Below, piece by piece: positions 13,001 to 26,500 of a stretch of 64,000 bases of DNA. The stretch is from NCBI GenBank assembly GCA_964016885.1, contig OZ024743.1, forward strand, positions 310,434,001 through 310,498,000, given 5' to 3'. Position numbers and translations under genes: made by a program. Below the pieces are notes generated by a model. It made no database searches. It saw nothing but the letters and a program-made list of their open reading frames with translations, and was not told the DNA's origin. Each line of letters opens with the position of its first letter. Positions within the stretch are counted from its first letter, which is position 1. Source of the stretch: Eledone cirrhosa (taxonomy: Eukaryota).

Positions 13001-14614
13001 CCACGTCTCTGCATTTGTAGTAGATATAAACTTTTTATGTTAGAGGTGTGTTTCAGATTCTAAAATATCTCGTATTTCTATTTTGTTTATATTTCAATTG
13101 TGAATTCTATAGCTATAAATTATTGGTGCAGTTTGAGAATAGTTTAACTATTACTCTATTAGTTTTGCATTTAACTGTTATAAGTATTACTTTAATTGTT
13201 GATAATATTTCTTCCTGTGTCTAGCATTTGTTTATGTATTTTGTACGCTTGCTACGTTATTGATTCCTGATGTCGATGTATATTGTAATTGTCTTCAAAG
13301 TTAACTCAGCGCATTTTCCGACACCAAATCTCATTTTAGTTTTTCCAGTAAATCTGTCCTCTCTCTGCATCGGTGTTTTATGTTGTTTATTATCGGCAAC
13401 GTCGTCCATATCCAACAACTCTGTCAATCGCCGTCCCATAGCAGGTGTATCAGAGTTCAGTTCCTCTTAACATATTCGTTAAAAGTATTATTGCTAAGTA
13501 GAAAATATGAAGAGGGTGAGGATCATTGCAAGACTATCTTATAAAGCAGTTAGGATTTTGTCTTTTTTTTATATAATTTGCTCATCTTTTTGTATTTACA
13601 GAATCGTTTCTTATTTACAGTAATTAGACTCATCAGTAATTAAAATTCCCATACTCCTTTCTAACATAATTCTAGAAATACTTGTTTGTTTATCGACATG
13701 TTTATTTTCTTTGATATTTTAGAAATTAAGGCATTCGGGATATAGTAATTCAGACTATTAGGCTTTGTTGTTTCTTAGTTTTAGATAATTAAGTTGGCTT
13801 TCTTTTCAGTGAACCTGTCAGGTTCCTTCCCTCTGGTCCCGTCAGTATCTTATGAAATCCATTTGCTTCAACATTATGTGTCACTGCTAAATAACGTAAT
13901 CAACTGTGTTGTTTGTGCAGCGTTATTTCATTTGTTTCGAATAATTTCGTCCCTGATGATTTCGTCGCCGCCCACTACTTCTCGAAATTGTGCAACTTAC
14001 CTTGTTAGTGATGAATTTTCATTTATTTCATTTTTATCTAGTTACTGATAATATGGATTTTTGTTCGAGTAGAGAATCGCTGCCCCTTTTTACACTACTG
14101 ATTGATTGTATCTCGATGACGATATCACGTTTCAAGTTTTTCCTTTGATTTCTGGCACTTATCTTCTGCCAGATATCTGTTATTTATATCTCTCCGATTT
14201 GTTTTTACTTATCATCGTAATATTCCTTTAATTAAGGACTGACATTCTATATTTTCTGTGTATTCATTTGCCATCTTGTTTGCCTAAGTGTTGTCATTCC
14301 CATATGAGCAAATAAAATATGGTACCGACTTTCTTTCAATACCTGTCACTATAGCGTTGGCTGTATGTAATATTACGTTTAACGTGAGGATAAAGACGAT
14401 CATGTATTTTAAAATTAAGTCGATAATACATATATGGCAACAACGTGTGTTAGAATGCTGCCCCGTATTCACTCTGACCCTATGTGAGGTGTGTTTAAAT
14501 ATCACCGTTGCTAACTTTAGGTCCATCCTTTCAAATTTGATATATAAAGTACTAATCTAGAACTAGAGTCGATCATTCTTCTATCACTCTTTCCTGTTTT
14601 CAAATACTTTGTCA

Positions 14615-14706
<92 letters not shown>

Positions 14707-14708
<2 letters not shown>

Positions 14709-14894
14709 TTATTCCAGGTTGAATCGGAGATAACCAAAGTAAGTAAGGTACTCAATACATAGTAGAGTATAAAAGTTTTAATATAGAAGAGGTTCTACAG
14801 GACTAGAACTGTTTAATTCGTGAGAAATCATCAGGAAGCTGGCTGTCCAAATAAGTAGTAGTATTTATATCTTTCCTTATCTGGTGGTAGGAGG
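14707..14894 (-). mobile_element. PLE-type terminal (pLTR-like) fragment with a degenerate hammerhead, ending at (TA)n
   Basis: Reverse complement of 21485-21610. The hammerhead core GAAA is mutated to TAAA. Confidence 0.6.
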
Positions 14895-15773
14895 ATGTTA
14901 CATATATTATAAAATGTGTGAATATGCTGTAGGAATTTAGCATACAAACAGACCACCATAGTAAGCTTGACATTCATATGAATGATGGAAAATGACAAAA
15001 TGACAATAGATCTGTAATTACCAACATAGCAATACACACTGAATAGAATATTAGTTATAATTATAATTACAATGTTATGAAACTGGAGACAATGAAAGAG
15101 AAATATAAACTAATGAGTTTAAAGAAGAAATTTGTTAGATATAGAATAATGATGAATACAAACGAGGGGACATATTGTTGAGTATCTTGTGAGTAAGCAA
15201 CGTGGCAAATGGAGGTTCTGATAGGAAGGGTAAACATTTCCCTGTGTTATATGAAGAGTGGGAGATTGAGGAGGGAGAGGAAGAGAAATAAGGGCTACAT
15301 TTTAAGAGATAAGTATGTTATTATGACCGATCGCGCCATTGGTCTATCACACCATAAAACAGGTATCCCCAGAAAACTTTGGATTATTCAATTCAATGCA
15401 GAAAATGTGCTTGAGCACCAGTGAGTTCACATGGTTTCAAATATAGGAGTGCCATGCAAGCAGACTCATGTGATGCCTTACACCGTCTTAGATGGTGGTT
15501 TCTAACTTGTATGTGGGTGGGCTATTTTAATTGATTTAGTTTTCTCTGAAACGTAGATTGTTCTTCAATTATATTTATGCTTTATATAAATAAATCTGAA
15601 TTATTTTCGGAATTTCAAGCTATTTAACATGACTTAATCTATTGTTTCATATACCTGACCCTAAAGCCGTAGGACATCTGCAATGATATACGGCGTGAGT
15701 TGGGCATTTAAACCAGGTTTTGCCAAGTCATCTTCTGGGGTCTGAACCAAGCCGAATCCTTCCAGAGAATAAT
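14895..15773. repeat. ~880-bp dispersed repeat, inverted copy at 22250-23193
   Basis: Direct comparison; ORFs 15209-15424(+) and 22595-22795(-) are near-identical. Confidence 0.9.
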
Positions 15774-17189
15774 CATATATATATATATATATATTATAAA
15801 TAGGAATAGGCTCATTGCCTCTAACACCACCGTAAACCCCGGAGCCACCCAACGGAACCAGCACGCGGAACGCACCAGGCCCCGGATAGGCCCAACTAGC
15901 ACAGCGGAACCCAACGACCCTGTGCTGATTGCGGCGGCTACCCAGGCAACCCCGCGTGATGGTAACCAAGCGATACATGTCCTGGGGCTTAAGAAGTCAT
16001 GCAATTGCAGAGACCCATCACTATGCCCCCTTAGTAATGAATGCATGACGAAAAACGTAGTCTACAGGTGCAAGGTCACAAACTCTAACTCGGTGCACTA
16101 CTACATAGGATCCACGGCGACGAGCTTCAAAGATAGGTGGTATAACCATTGCCATTCCTTTAACAGAATAGAAAAGACGAAATGTACGGCCCTTTCTGAA
16201 TTGATCTGGAAACTCAAACTTGAAAAGACCTCGCACTCTCTGGTCTGGTCCGTGGTTAGAAAGGTTCCCCCAGACAGAGGTGGGTCTGGTATTTGCAACC
16301 GCTGTCTTAGTGAGACACTCGAAACACTTCTTGGCGGAACCAAGCTATTAAACAGAAGGGCTGACTTATTCGGCACCTACAGACACCTAAGGACGGGAAC
16401 TTTCCTCAAGCTATATGGATAAACTCCGGTTATGGCCTCCCACAACGACCCCCCCCCCCCCTCCTGTAGGTCCCCCACACCCCGTACCAATGAACAATGG
16501 GCAACAACACCCACCCATAGTTTGTGGTCCCTACGCTGGATTGTCCACCGGATCCTCTACTAGTTAGGAGTCAGCAAAACCACGTTTATTGAACCTGAGG
16601 AACGCCCCCCACCGGGAGTGGCCCACACAGGAAGAACAATTATCCTGAGGTACTAAACCTATACGCATGAATGCGTGCCCGCATCCGTGCGTTGTGTGTG
16701 TATGCTGGGATTACGTGAATGTACATACTTATGTGAACGCAACGAAATAATAATACCCCAGGTTGCATTCGAAAAATGTTCGAGTGTATGCTTAAGAGTA
16801 TATTTGTATATGCTCTTTTGTATGAGTGCACATGTGTATATAGACATACATACGCATCCAGAGGTATACAAGTGTGGGTGGGTGCTTGTGCCTATATATG
16901 TCTGTACTAAGGGATCGCCTAAGCTCCAAAACCCCTAAGCTATTGCTGTGAAGATATATATCACACTCTACTTTTATCTAGTCTAAACAATAACTTTTCC
17001 AAACACCCACTTTACTTTTCTTTAAAAATAACACCCACCTCGTTTTATGTCTGCCATATACTTGGATTTGAAGCCTCTGTTGTATATATATATGTGAACT
17101 TGTGCGTACATACATATATATACACACATGTATGGATTGTGTGTGTAGATGTGCGTGTGTGTCTGTGGGGTAGCTGTGAGTGTAGGTAC

Positions 17190-17428
17190 AAGTCAACCAA
17201 CATAAATCTTTTTATTTGTAAACTTTCTAAGCATTTGACTCTAACCATAATTTTCAGTATTGCCACCCTACATAAATTCCTCAATTTGTATGTGTGGATG
17301 TGTGTGTGTGTGGGGGGGGGATGTATGTGTAAGTCAACCAACATAAGTCTTTTTATATGTAAACTTTCTAGTATTTGACTCTAACCATAATTTTCAGTAG
17401 TATCACCCCACATAAATTCCTCAATTTA
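17190..17428. repeat. ~100-bp direct duplication (period ~141 bp)
   Basis: AAGTCAACCAACATAA...CATAAATTCCTCAATTT occurs twice. Confidence 0.85.
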
Positions 17429-17730
17429 AGAATGACCTGTAGTATCGAATTTCATACTATAAACCTCAACTGAATATATATCTGACCAGGAATGCTTTTT
17501 GTGAAAATCAGTCATATGGAACTATTGTCATCTTGCCTGACGGTTTGAACTTTACAACACCACCTGCCTCTTTGAGGTCAAATACAAACCCTACTAGCAT
17601 CTTCAAACTGACCAATGAGAATTAAGATTATTCCTGCTGACTACATTAAATTATCCCTAACAAGGTCATGTTCCAAGGCTCTGAAACCATCAACACCAGA
17701 AACACAGCTGGCATATCTAACAACTGACTA

Positions 17731-17786
17731 ACTGCCTGATGAGGTCATAGCCATTCAATGGCTTTCATCGAAATATATATAGCAGT
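17731..17786 (+). ncRNA. Type I minimal hammerhead ribozyme
   Basis: ACTGC-CTGATGA-G..AGCCAT tca ATGGCT..C-GAAA-TATATA-TA-GCAGT: stem I ACTGC/GCAGT, palindromic stem III, AUA cleavage triplet, followed by AATAAA. Confidence 0.8.
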
Positions 17787-17835
17787 AAATAAAGGATTAT
17801 GAGTTCATGCAATTGACTTATGTTTCGTCAGTATA

Positions 17836-17875
<40 letters not shown>

Positions 17876-17922
17876 GAGATGAGCGGAACAAGCAAGCATT
17901 AAACATATATATGTATGTATGC

Positions 17923-17964
<42 letters not shown>

Positions 17965-18011
17965 GAGATGAGCGGAACAAGCAAGCATTAAACATATATA
18001 TGTATGTATGC

Positions 18012-18066
<55 letters not shown>

Positions 18067-18349
18067 TATGTATGTATTTGTATGTGTATATATATGTATA
18101 TATATATATATACAATTGGTTTTGCGATGTTTTTATATGAAATCGTGTGTCGAAACAAATATTGTTATACTTGGGGAGGGTCATATTGTTGTAATAATAT
18201 TGCCAGAATAACAGAACATACTCACTGCTTGCTTTGTTTTCGCTTCTGTATCTTTTATATCAGTTAATTTATTCGGTCCTAAATGTTTAACATTGACTGA
18301 CCAACGGTCAAAAATACAGATGTAATATAGACACAAACACATATATATA

Positions 18350-19150
18350 GTCTAACAAAGTTCTTTCGTTGTCGTACCATGAGGTGGCTTTCCCTATCTT
18401 ATGTCTAGCCCTATCTAAGCTATTCCATGATTTGTTCCTGTATAATGGGCAAATTCCTTTCATGTCCAGTTCTATGAGGGTCTTATACTTCTCCGTGGCT
18501 CCTTTGTATACTCTGATTCTGTCTCTTTGGTTGTAGTCAGAGAACTGCATGCGCTTGATGAAGTGTTGGATGTGTCTTTCCATTTCTGTTGGGTCGCACA
18601 TGCGGGACACGTTCTCATCAGTCGTACCAAATCTGCGATCAGAATATTAAACTTAGCACTACTGGACATTGCTCAGTTTTTGAGTATCAGATATTTGGAG
18701 GCCATGGGTTTAGCATAGTGTGAGTGGAGAATTTGGGCTCTCTCGTCTATAGTGTTAATCCAGAGTTCCGTGTCTAATACAGGTAGTCTATTGTTAGGGT
18801 GTTTGGAAGGGTAGTCGATAGTTACAGTTACACTCTGGTGTATAGAATTAGCTATCTGCTGGATGCTTTCCATTGTGCTACATTCTAAATCATATTGTTA
18901 GTGCTCTCTTGTGGAGATGTCCTTATTACTATATTAATGTCGTCTTCATAACGAGAGTACATGATGAGGTCTATAGAGTTCTCATCAAGGAGCTCTTTGA
19001 GCCTCCTTTCCTACCATACCATAAAAAGGTTGGCAACGTCACCAGCTATGCTGACGCCAATGGCTGCTCCCTCATTTTGGGTGTAGATCTTCTCGTTGAA
19101 TTTGAATATGTGGCCCTTTAGGGTAGTTTTAATACTAGCTAGTATTAAAT
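18350..19150 (-). pseudogene. Penelope-like reverse transcriptase fragment
   Basis: HIFKFNEKIYTQNEGAAIGVSIAGDVANLFM, SRYEDD, LPVLDTELW, HYAKPMAS and PLYR..W across ORFs 19011-19250, 18673-18873, 18472-18669 and 18308-18610. Confidence 0.75.
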
Positions 19151-21148
19151 GTGATGCATTGAAAAGGAAAACAGCTACGCCAAATAAACTCGCGAAAAGA
19201 TACAATTTCGGGACATCTACAATATCGGATATCAAACGGTCGGAAGCCAAGCTACGCGGATTCGTATCGTAAAAATTGCAAATTGGTTTGAAGGAGTGGA
19301 AAAGAAAGCGAAATGCCTGAAAACGTCAGACTACGAGCAATTGTACCAGGCCTTGTACATTTGGTTCCAGCAGCTTCGAGAAAAAAACGTTCCTGTTTCC
19401 GGACCTATTTTAATGGAAAAGGTGTGCACAGTGTAATTTACTCATCTTGTTTAAATATTTTATATTAATGAGCTGCGTTTCCCTGCACTTGAAAAGTGCA
19501 TGAGCTGCCTGTCCAATGTTGTCTTTCCCCTGTTTTGTTTAAATCTCTTTAAATATTCATGAGATCTGGAAAATAAACCAGTTTTCATACATTCTTTTAT
19601 AGGCATCGGACTTCTACCGGCGGCTTTATCCTGTCGCGGAAAAAGACTTTCTTGCAAGCACGGGCTACCAAACAAAGTTTTGCCGCCGTTATGGAATACG
19701 GAATCTCGCAAATAAAGAAGCAGCTAAAGATTACGTCCAACGTTTTCCAACAATAATTGCCGGCTACACTCCGGATCAAATTTTCAACGCCGACGAGACA
19801 GGCCTTTGCTTCCAACTTCTCCCCTCGCGTGCACTAGCTGCTTCCCTCGAAAAAGACCCCGAGGGAATGAAGAAACCGAAAGACCGGGTAACCATTTCCG
19901 CCTGCGTGAATGCTTCCGGGACAATCAAACTTCCCTTTCTCTTCATTGGAAAAGCGAAGCGGCCAAGATGTTTTGCGGGAATCAACATGGAGAACTTGTT
20001 GGTCACCTATCGGAACTCGAAGAATGCTTGGGTAACTCTAGAAATTTTCGGCGAGTGGTTTCACAAAGTTTTTGTTCCGTTTGTCCGTTCTGCTTTGGCT
20101 AAGATGGGGGTGAAGACAAAAGCGATTCTTGTTTTGGACAATTGTGCAGTGCATCCGGATGAAGTGGACTTGATTTCGGCAGACGGACAGATTCGGGCAG
20201 CATTTCTTCCGGCGGACGTTACGTCACTTATTCAGCCAAGTGACCAGGGAGTTTTGGAGACACTAAAGCGGTTTTACTGAAAACAATTGCTGCGGGATTT
20301 GACGGAAAAAGGGGACACGGGATTGATTCCAGTTTTACGTGCGATAAACATGAGGGAGGTGGTTGACCGTTCAGCTGTTGCGTGGGACTCGATAACTGAG
20401 GAAACTTTGCGTCGATCGTGGAAAAAATTGATGTCGGATGAGAACAAGGACAATGCGGAAGGAAACGAGGACAATTACGAAATTCCAATTACGGGCGAAG
20501 CGCTTTTAACGGGTTTGACAGAAATTGCTGGTGAGAGTTCGGCGGAAGATTTGATCGAATGGTTTGAGAATGACGGGTTAGGGTATGAACATTTCGATGA
20601 CGTCGGAATTGTTGAACACGTAAGTCGAAAGGGGGATGACGAAGAACAGGAGGAAGTTCTAGTCGAAAAAAGTTGTTGAGAAACGCCCCGTGACGCATGC
20701 GGAAGCATATCAGCATATAGACTCATTTTTTACATATTTGAGGTATGAGGGACTGGCGGATCCGGTTAGGACTGCGACATGTTTACGTTGGCTGGAAATG
20801 GTAGCGGAGCGACGAGCGTCGTCGCGAAAACAATTTATCTATTTATTCATTTTTTAAAAAGTACTAACTTTTTATTGTTTGACTCAATTCAGTTTTATCA
20901 AGTTTTTAGTTATTCTTATGTTTGTTTAATTAATTTTCTTATAAATTTTAGCTGTTCTTTTGTTATTCTAATAAACTTTCTTTACTTAGCATTTGTCTTT
21001 TATTTTGACTAAAAGAAGCTAAAACATTAGAAACCATGAGCATTATGTAATAATGGGATTTTAGAATTCACTTATCCGGATATTTCACTTAACCGGATCT
21101 TTTTCTAACTGTTTGGTTTTGACCGTCCGGATAAGCGAAGATGCACTG
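19150..21148 (+). mobile_element. pogo/Tigger DNA transposon, 5'-truncated, right TIR intact; CENP-B HTH plus DDE transposase pseudogene with one intron
   Basis: ALYIWFQQLREKNVPVSGPILMEK|ASDF, IFNADETGL, KDRVT..CVNASG, IGKAKRPRCF, LVLDNC..H, IQPSDQGV. The end reads TCCGGATAAGCGAAGATGCACTG followed by TA. Stops at ~19270 and 20278. Confidence 0.9.
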
Positions 21149-21544
21149 TATATATTAAGTGAAACTTCACAATAAGGGGGATCACCCCAACACTTGAATC
21201 TGTTGAAGGAACCCTTTCTGCCTTCGTCACCTTTAATTCAGCCTTAAAGAATTAGCTTCTAAAGAATTTCCCTTTTCTTTAAACCATTGAACCCCACCCA
21301 TCCTGTAGACACCTGTCTTACAGGCATTGTTAGTCTAAGTAATAAACAAGGATTGGTATTCCAATTTTGATTTGTTTACCGTATTTTTTCTGCCTTTGTT
21401 AATATTATAGCTTTAAAGGATTAGCTTTTAATGAACTCCTTTTCTTTAAATCCTTCAACCAATGACCTACACCCATCCCAACCCCCATCCTCTCCTACCA
21501 CCAAATAAGGAAATATATAAATACTACCACTTATTTGGACAGCC

Positions 21545-21595
21545 AGCTTCCTGATGATTTCTCACGAATGAAACAGTTCTAGTCCTGTAGAAGCT
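21545..21595 (+). ncRNA. Type I hammerhead ribozyme
   Basis: AGCTTC-CTGATGA-T TTC tcac GAA T-GAAA-CAG ttctagtc CTG-TA-GAAGCT: 6-bp stem I, intact core, GUA cleavage site. Confidence 0.82.
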
Positions 21596-21645
21596 CTTCT
21601 ATATTAAACCTATATATCAAGTAAGTATGTTTTGAAACAGTGAGC

Positions 21646-21765
21646 AGGTTTGAAATTAGAAAATAGAATAGCTTTCACCGTATTTTTGACTAAAGGAATG
21701 TTTATCAGGCTAATTTTCCTTTAGTCAAAAATATGGTGAAAGCTATTCTATTTTCTAATTTCAAA

Positions 21766-21768
<3 letters not shown>
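21646..21768. repeat. Fold-back hairpin with 53-bp arms, followed by (TA)n
   Basis: 21646-21698 is the reverse complement of 21716-21768 with one G-T mismatch. Confidence 0.92.
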
Positions 21769-21835
<67 letters not shown>

Positions 21836-22213
21836 TATATATAGATATATAAATATATTAAAATAACAGATTAAAGTTTAAGCAAAGAATCGCTGCTTTC
21901 ACCCTTAAAGGGATCTTCTAAAACGAGAAACAAAAAAGTCAACCTGTGAATGCAGAAGTAAATATTTCAAAAAACGTTGCAACCGAAGGAAGACAGGATG
22001 ACGATACTTTGGTTCGTAGAAACGTTCCCTGGCAATGAACGAAAGAAAACAAAGATAATACGCCATTATTTGGTGCAGTGAAAACAGTTACACGCAAATA
22101 AACTTTAATCTGTTATTTTAATAAATATTTGCTCTACGGTTCTTATATATCTGATATATATTTATCCTTATCGAGCCCTCTTTGGATTTTAGTCTTCAAA
22201 TTTATTATTATTA

Positions 22214-22249
<36 letters not shown>

Positions 22250-22251
<2 letters not shown>

Positions 22252-23193
22252 TTATTCTCTGGAAGAAATCGGCTTGGTTCAGACCCCAGAAGATGACTTG
22301 GCAAAACCTGGTTTAAATGCCCAAATCACGCCGTATATCATTGCGGATGTCCTACGGCTTTAGGGTCATGTATATGAAACAATAGATTAAGTCATGTTAA
22401 ATAGCTTGAAATTCCGAAAATAATTCAGATTTATTTATATAAAGCATAAATATAATTGAAGAACAATCTACGTTTAAGAGAAAACTAAATCAAATAAAAT
22501 AGCCCAACCACATACAAGTTAGAAACCACCATCTATCACATGAGTCTGCTTGCATGGCACTCCTATATTTGAAACGATGTGAACTCACTGGTGCTCAAGC
22601 ACATATTCTACATTGAATAATCCAAAGTTTTCTGGGGATACCTGTTTTATAGTGTGATAGACCAATGGCGCGATCGGTCATAATAACATCCTTATCTCTT
22701 AAAATGTAGCCCTTATTTCTCTTCCTCTCCCTCCTCAATCTCCCACCCTTCATATAACACAGGGAAATGTTTACCCTTCCTATCAGAACCTCCATTTGCC
22801 ACGTTGCTTACTCACAAGATACTCAACAATATGTCCCCTCGTTTGTGTTTTGCCTTTCATCCTTACGGGGTCGATAAAATAAAGTACCAGTAATGCACTG
22901 GGTAATTGCTGGCCTTGTGCCTAAAGTAGAAACAATTATTATTCTATATCTAACAAACTTCTTCTTTAAACTCATTAGTTTACATTTCTCTTTCATTGTC
23001 TCCAGTTTCATAACATTGTAATTATAATTATAACTAATATTCTATTCAGTGTGTATTGCTATGTTGGTAATTACAGATCTATTGTCATTTTGTCATTTTC
23101 CATCATTCATATGAATGTCAAGCTTACTATGGTGGTCTGTTTGTATGCTAAATTCCTACAGCATATTCACACATTTTCTAATATATGTTACAT
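22250..23193. repeat. Inverted copy of 14895-15773 carrying a SINE 3' fragment (22848-22940)
   Basis: Direct comparison; the empty site is at ~15150. Confidence 0.9.
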
Positions 23194-23322
23194 ATATATA
23201 GCAGAAATATTTCTTGCATGATTTTAATTTTGGTGCATTACCACATGTACAGAATCCTTACAAACTTTTCTTTTCTATTATCATTAATTTCTCCTCATCC
23301 TCATTATCACCCGTATAATAAT

Positions 23323-23367
<45 letters not shown>

Positions 23368-23368
23368 T

Positions 23369-23552
23369 GTTTCTACTTTAGGCACAAGGCCAGCAATTAC
23401 CCTGTGCATTACTGGTACTTTATTTTATCGACCCCGTAAGGATGAAAGGCCAAGTCTACCTCGGCGGGATTTGAACTCAGATCATAAAGGGACGTAACTA
23501 TGCTGGAAAGCATGGCGTCCGACCCTCTACCGATACTGCCAATCCACCGCCC
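23369..23552 (-). mobile_element. tRNA-derived SINE, full-length, with (ATT)n tail
   Basis: Head GGCGGTGGATTGGCAGTATCGGT (A-box-like), B box GAGTTCAAATCC, body GCCTTTCATCCTTACGGGGTCGATAAAATAAAGTACCAGT, tail CCTTGTGCCTAAAGTAGAAAC(AATT)ATT. Confidence 0.9.
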
Positions 23553-23570
23553 TATAATAATAATAATAAT

Positions 23571-26500
23571 GATTTCTTTATTGGCCACAAGGGCTGACAT
23601 CAAGAAAAACATCACAGACGGAACAGGACGGTACGATGTGGGTTTTGTGCGTGTAAATATTTTTATTATTTATAGAAGAAAAGAAAAGGAAAAGACATAG
23701 AAACATATATATATATAAACAATAAAATGAAAATTGAAACAATAACAAATTCCCCAATAGGGGGGAACCTCCGAGGGTTACTCGTGGCGAAAACCACACA
23801 AAAGACCACGGCCACCCTGACTACCAGGGCAAGCGGCCTCTCTCAATGTTTCCATCTCTCAAACTACAGACGTATATTCAGAGTGGTCCCTTTAACTCGG
23901 ACCATTCTCGCTACATTCACCCACCTTTCAACAAACTTGCTAGAAAGCAGCACTTGCCTCTCCACTCTGATTTTCCTCTTCAAGTGAAACTTGAAAAAGT
24001 TAATCAGGGATTCGCCGAAGAGGAAAGTGTTTGTCTTTAATCCTTTTAACCTTGTCCACCACACAATCTCTTTCGCCATGGCCACCAGGCAGATGAAAAC
24101 CGCCTGCCCTTCCTCCTCAAAGGAAGACGGCGAGACCATCTGCACAATGGACTCAGTCGACAACCGGATCAGTCCCACACGTGACAGCAACTGTTCGACA
24201 TAGCTCCACAAGTCAGCAATGCTCGTGCACTGAACGAGTGCGTGCACAACGGTTTCGTCGCTATGCGCGCATCTCGGACAGGCTCGGCTGTCGGCACTTC
24301 CGTGCCTGTAGAGCTTATCTCGAACAGGCAACGCACCCCGGTAGCACTGCCAGACCAGGGATTTTGGGAAGTTATCCATAGGCCCTCTATAGAATGCCGA
24401 GGAGACGAGCTGTGGGAAAACGTGCCTGGCAAACGACAAGCACATCTGTTCACCGTCAAGGATGTTTCAGCTTCAGCACATGTTTGCGCATCATCAGCCA
24501 TGGCATGCCCAGCTCTCCACGCAACGGATGTTGACAGCAGATGGATCGTCTGACCATAGGAGCGCGTCCCTTCCACAAAAAGCGGAAGAGGGGTGGACCC
24601 TGGCGGACCGAGCGCATGATTCTGAATGGCTACGACAGGTGACCGTTCACCCTCACAACTGAGCAGATGTCGCTGTACATTGCTGCGATCCAACCCCTGA
24701 AAACGGGCCCGAAAACGGCTGCCTCGAGGACCGCCACCGGGTACGGATGGTCGAACCTATCGAATGCTTTGGATTGATCCAAGTTGATCAGGGCCCCACC
24801 CGTGCCAGGTTCCTTAACCACCCTCTCTATGATGTATCGCATGAGGTAGAGGTTGTCGTGTATGGATCTGTCCGGAATGGAGCATGTCTGCGCCTCTGCC
24901 ACCAGACCCTTGACGAGGAGCGCCAACCTCGTTGCTAAAACATTGTCCAAAATCTTGAACTCTGCGTTTAGCAGCGTTATGGGCCTGAAGTTATCGATAA
25001 CATCCTCCTTGTTCGGATCTTTTCTCAGCAGCGCCACCGCTCCCTGGCTCACAAAACTGGGAATGCTATTGTTCTGCTGCCATTTGCAGTAAACGTCTGC
25101 CAAGAGGTCACCGAACAAGTATGGCATAAATGCATAAAGCTAGTAGAACAGACCATCCAATCCTGACGATTTACCCCTCGTGCAGTTAGCCATCGCTTCC
25201 CGTATTTCACCGGCTGTTATTGGCTTTTCGCAACACTGTGCTGCCGTCGTCTAGAGCCGAAGCAGTCCGTCTAGGTATGCACAGAAGTCCATACCCGGAT
25301 CCGGCCCGCCGCCGCTCCCGAACATTTCATCAAAGTGCTGCTGAAAAGCTTCACACATCTGCTCGGGTTCGAGCAACACGCGCCCGTTTTGATCAGATAA
25401 AGACCGAATTGTGACTTTGTTGCCATGTCGCGCCTCTGCCACCCAGGCCTATTGGACGGCTTTAGTCCCCTCGTGTTTCAGAGCACGCGCTCTAGCTCTG
25501 ACAACGCAGCCTTCGTGTTTTGCGTTGAAGAATTGGTCGAGTGCCAATCTCGCCGCAAGCACGTCGGTTGCGATGCCTGTCCTAAACGCCTCTTCTAGAT
25601 TTCTGACTAGCTCTCCCTCTACTCTATTTTCCTCTATGACTAGTACTTTGCTAAACCTAATCGACTCTACTTTAATTGCGCTATTCAAGGCGAACCCCCA
25701 CTGTTGTTGAGCGCCGCGCCCATCAACGCCCGCTTAACTAATACGCTATTCCGTTCTCTGTAGGCTTTGCGCGCCGGGAAAAACGCATTCAGCTTCCAGT
25801 AACCGGGTCCTTGTCTATGAAGTCTGTCTATGTCGATCTCACAGATCACAAATTTGTGGTCTGTGTAGTCGACTATTTTAAATTGTGGACAACTTATACT
25901 AGCCTTATCTGTTTCCCTACAGAATACCCTATCTAAATACGATCTGGATGACTCGATACGGTTTGCCCATGTCCATATTGGCACATTCGGCGGATCCAGT
26001 CGATACCTGTTAACAGTTCAAAACGTCTGAGCAGTTGGTGAGGCTCTTGCACCCTCCTCCCCTATCCACTAGCCCCACACAAGCCCAGCGTGCATCCAAG
26101 ATACCGTTCCAGTCGCCCACTAACACTAAAGAGCGGGAGACTCCAAGAAAGGTCTCTAGACGTCTGAAGAAATCTGGCCGTCTTGTCGCTATCGGAGCAT
26201 AGACGGCTACTAGCCTGAAAGCGTTGCCTTCGGTGCCACTTACGTCTGGCACCACCGTCTTACCTTCTGGATCCAGGAAGATGGCCCATATGGCGAAACC
26301 CAAGCCTTTCTGAAACAACACAGCCACTCAGATTTGTGTTGGTATCATGTAGTCGTGCTGTGAAATGTCTGCGTGCTCAATTATGTAAGTCATTAGTTTC
26401 TTGTGTGTATTTATTGCTGTGCATTTATTTTTTGGTTCAGCTATTTTCTTGTCGTTGTTGCTGGGTGTGTGTGTTTTGTTGCTGTGTTTGCGATGTTGGT

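Larger units (their letters stand above)
15797..17830 (+). mobile_element. 5'-truncated Penelope-like element: GIY-YIG endonuclease, 3' UTR and hammerhead-bearing terminus
   Basis: ORF 15922-16422: SCNCR..CPL..ECM..NVVYRCKV....YYIGST...FKDRWYNH..SF..CNRCLSE..LLNRR (Cys-rich GIY-YIG, Naiad-like by recall). Flanked by (TA)n on both sides. Continuity between the EN and the terminus is inferred. Confidence 0.75.

Noticed and set aside
13953-13997. CTGATGA..GAAA hammerhead-like core
   Set aside because: No stem I, II or III pairing.
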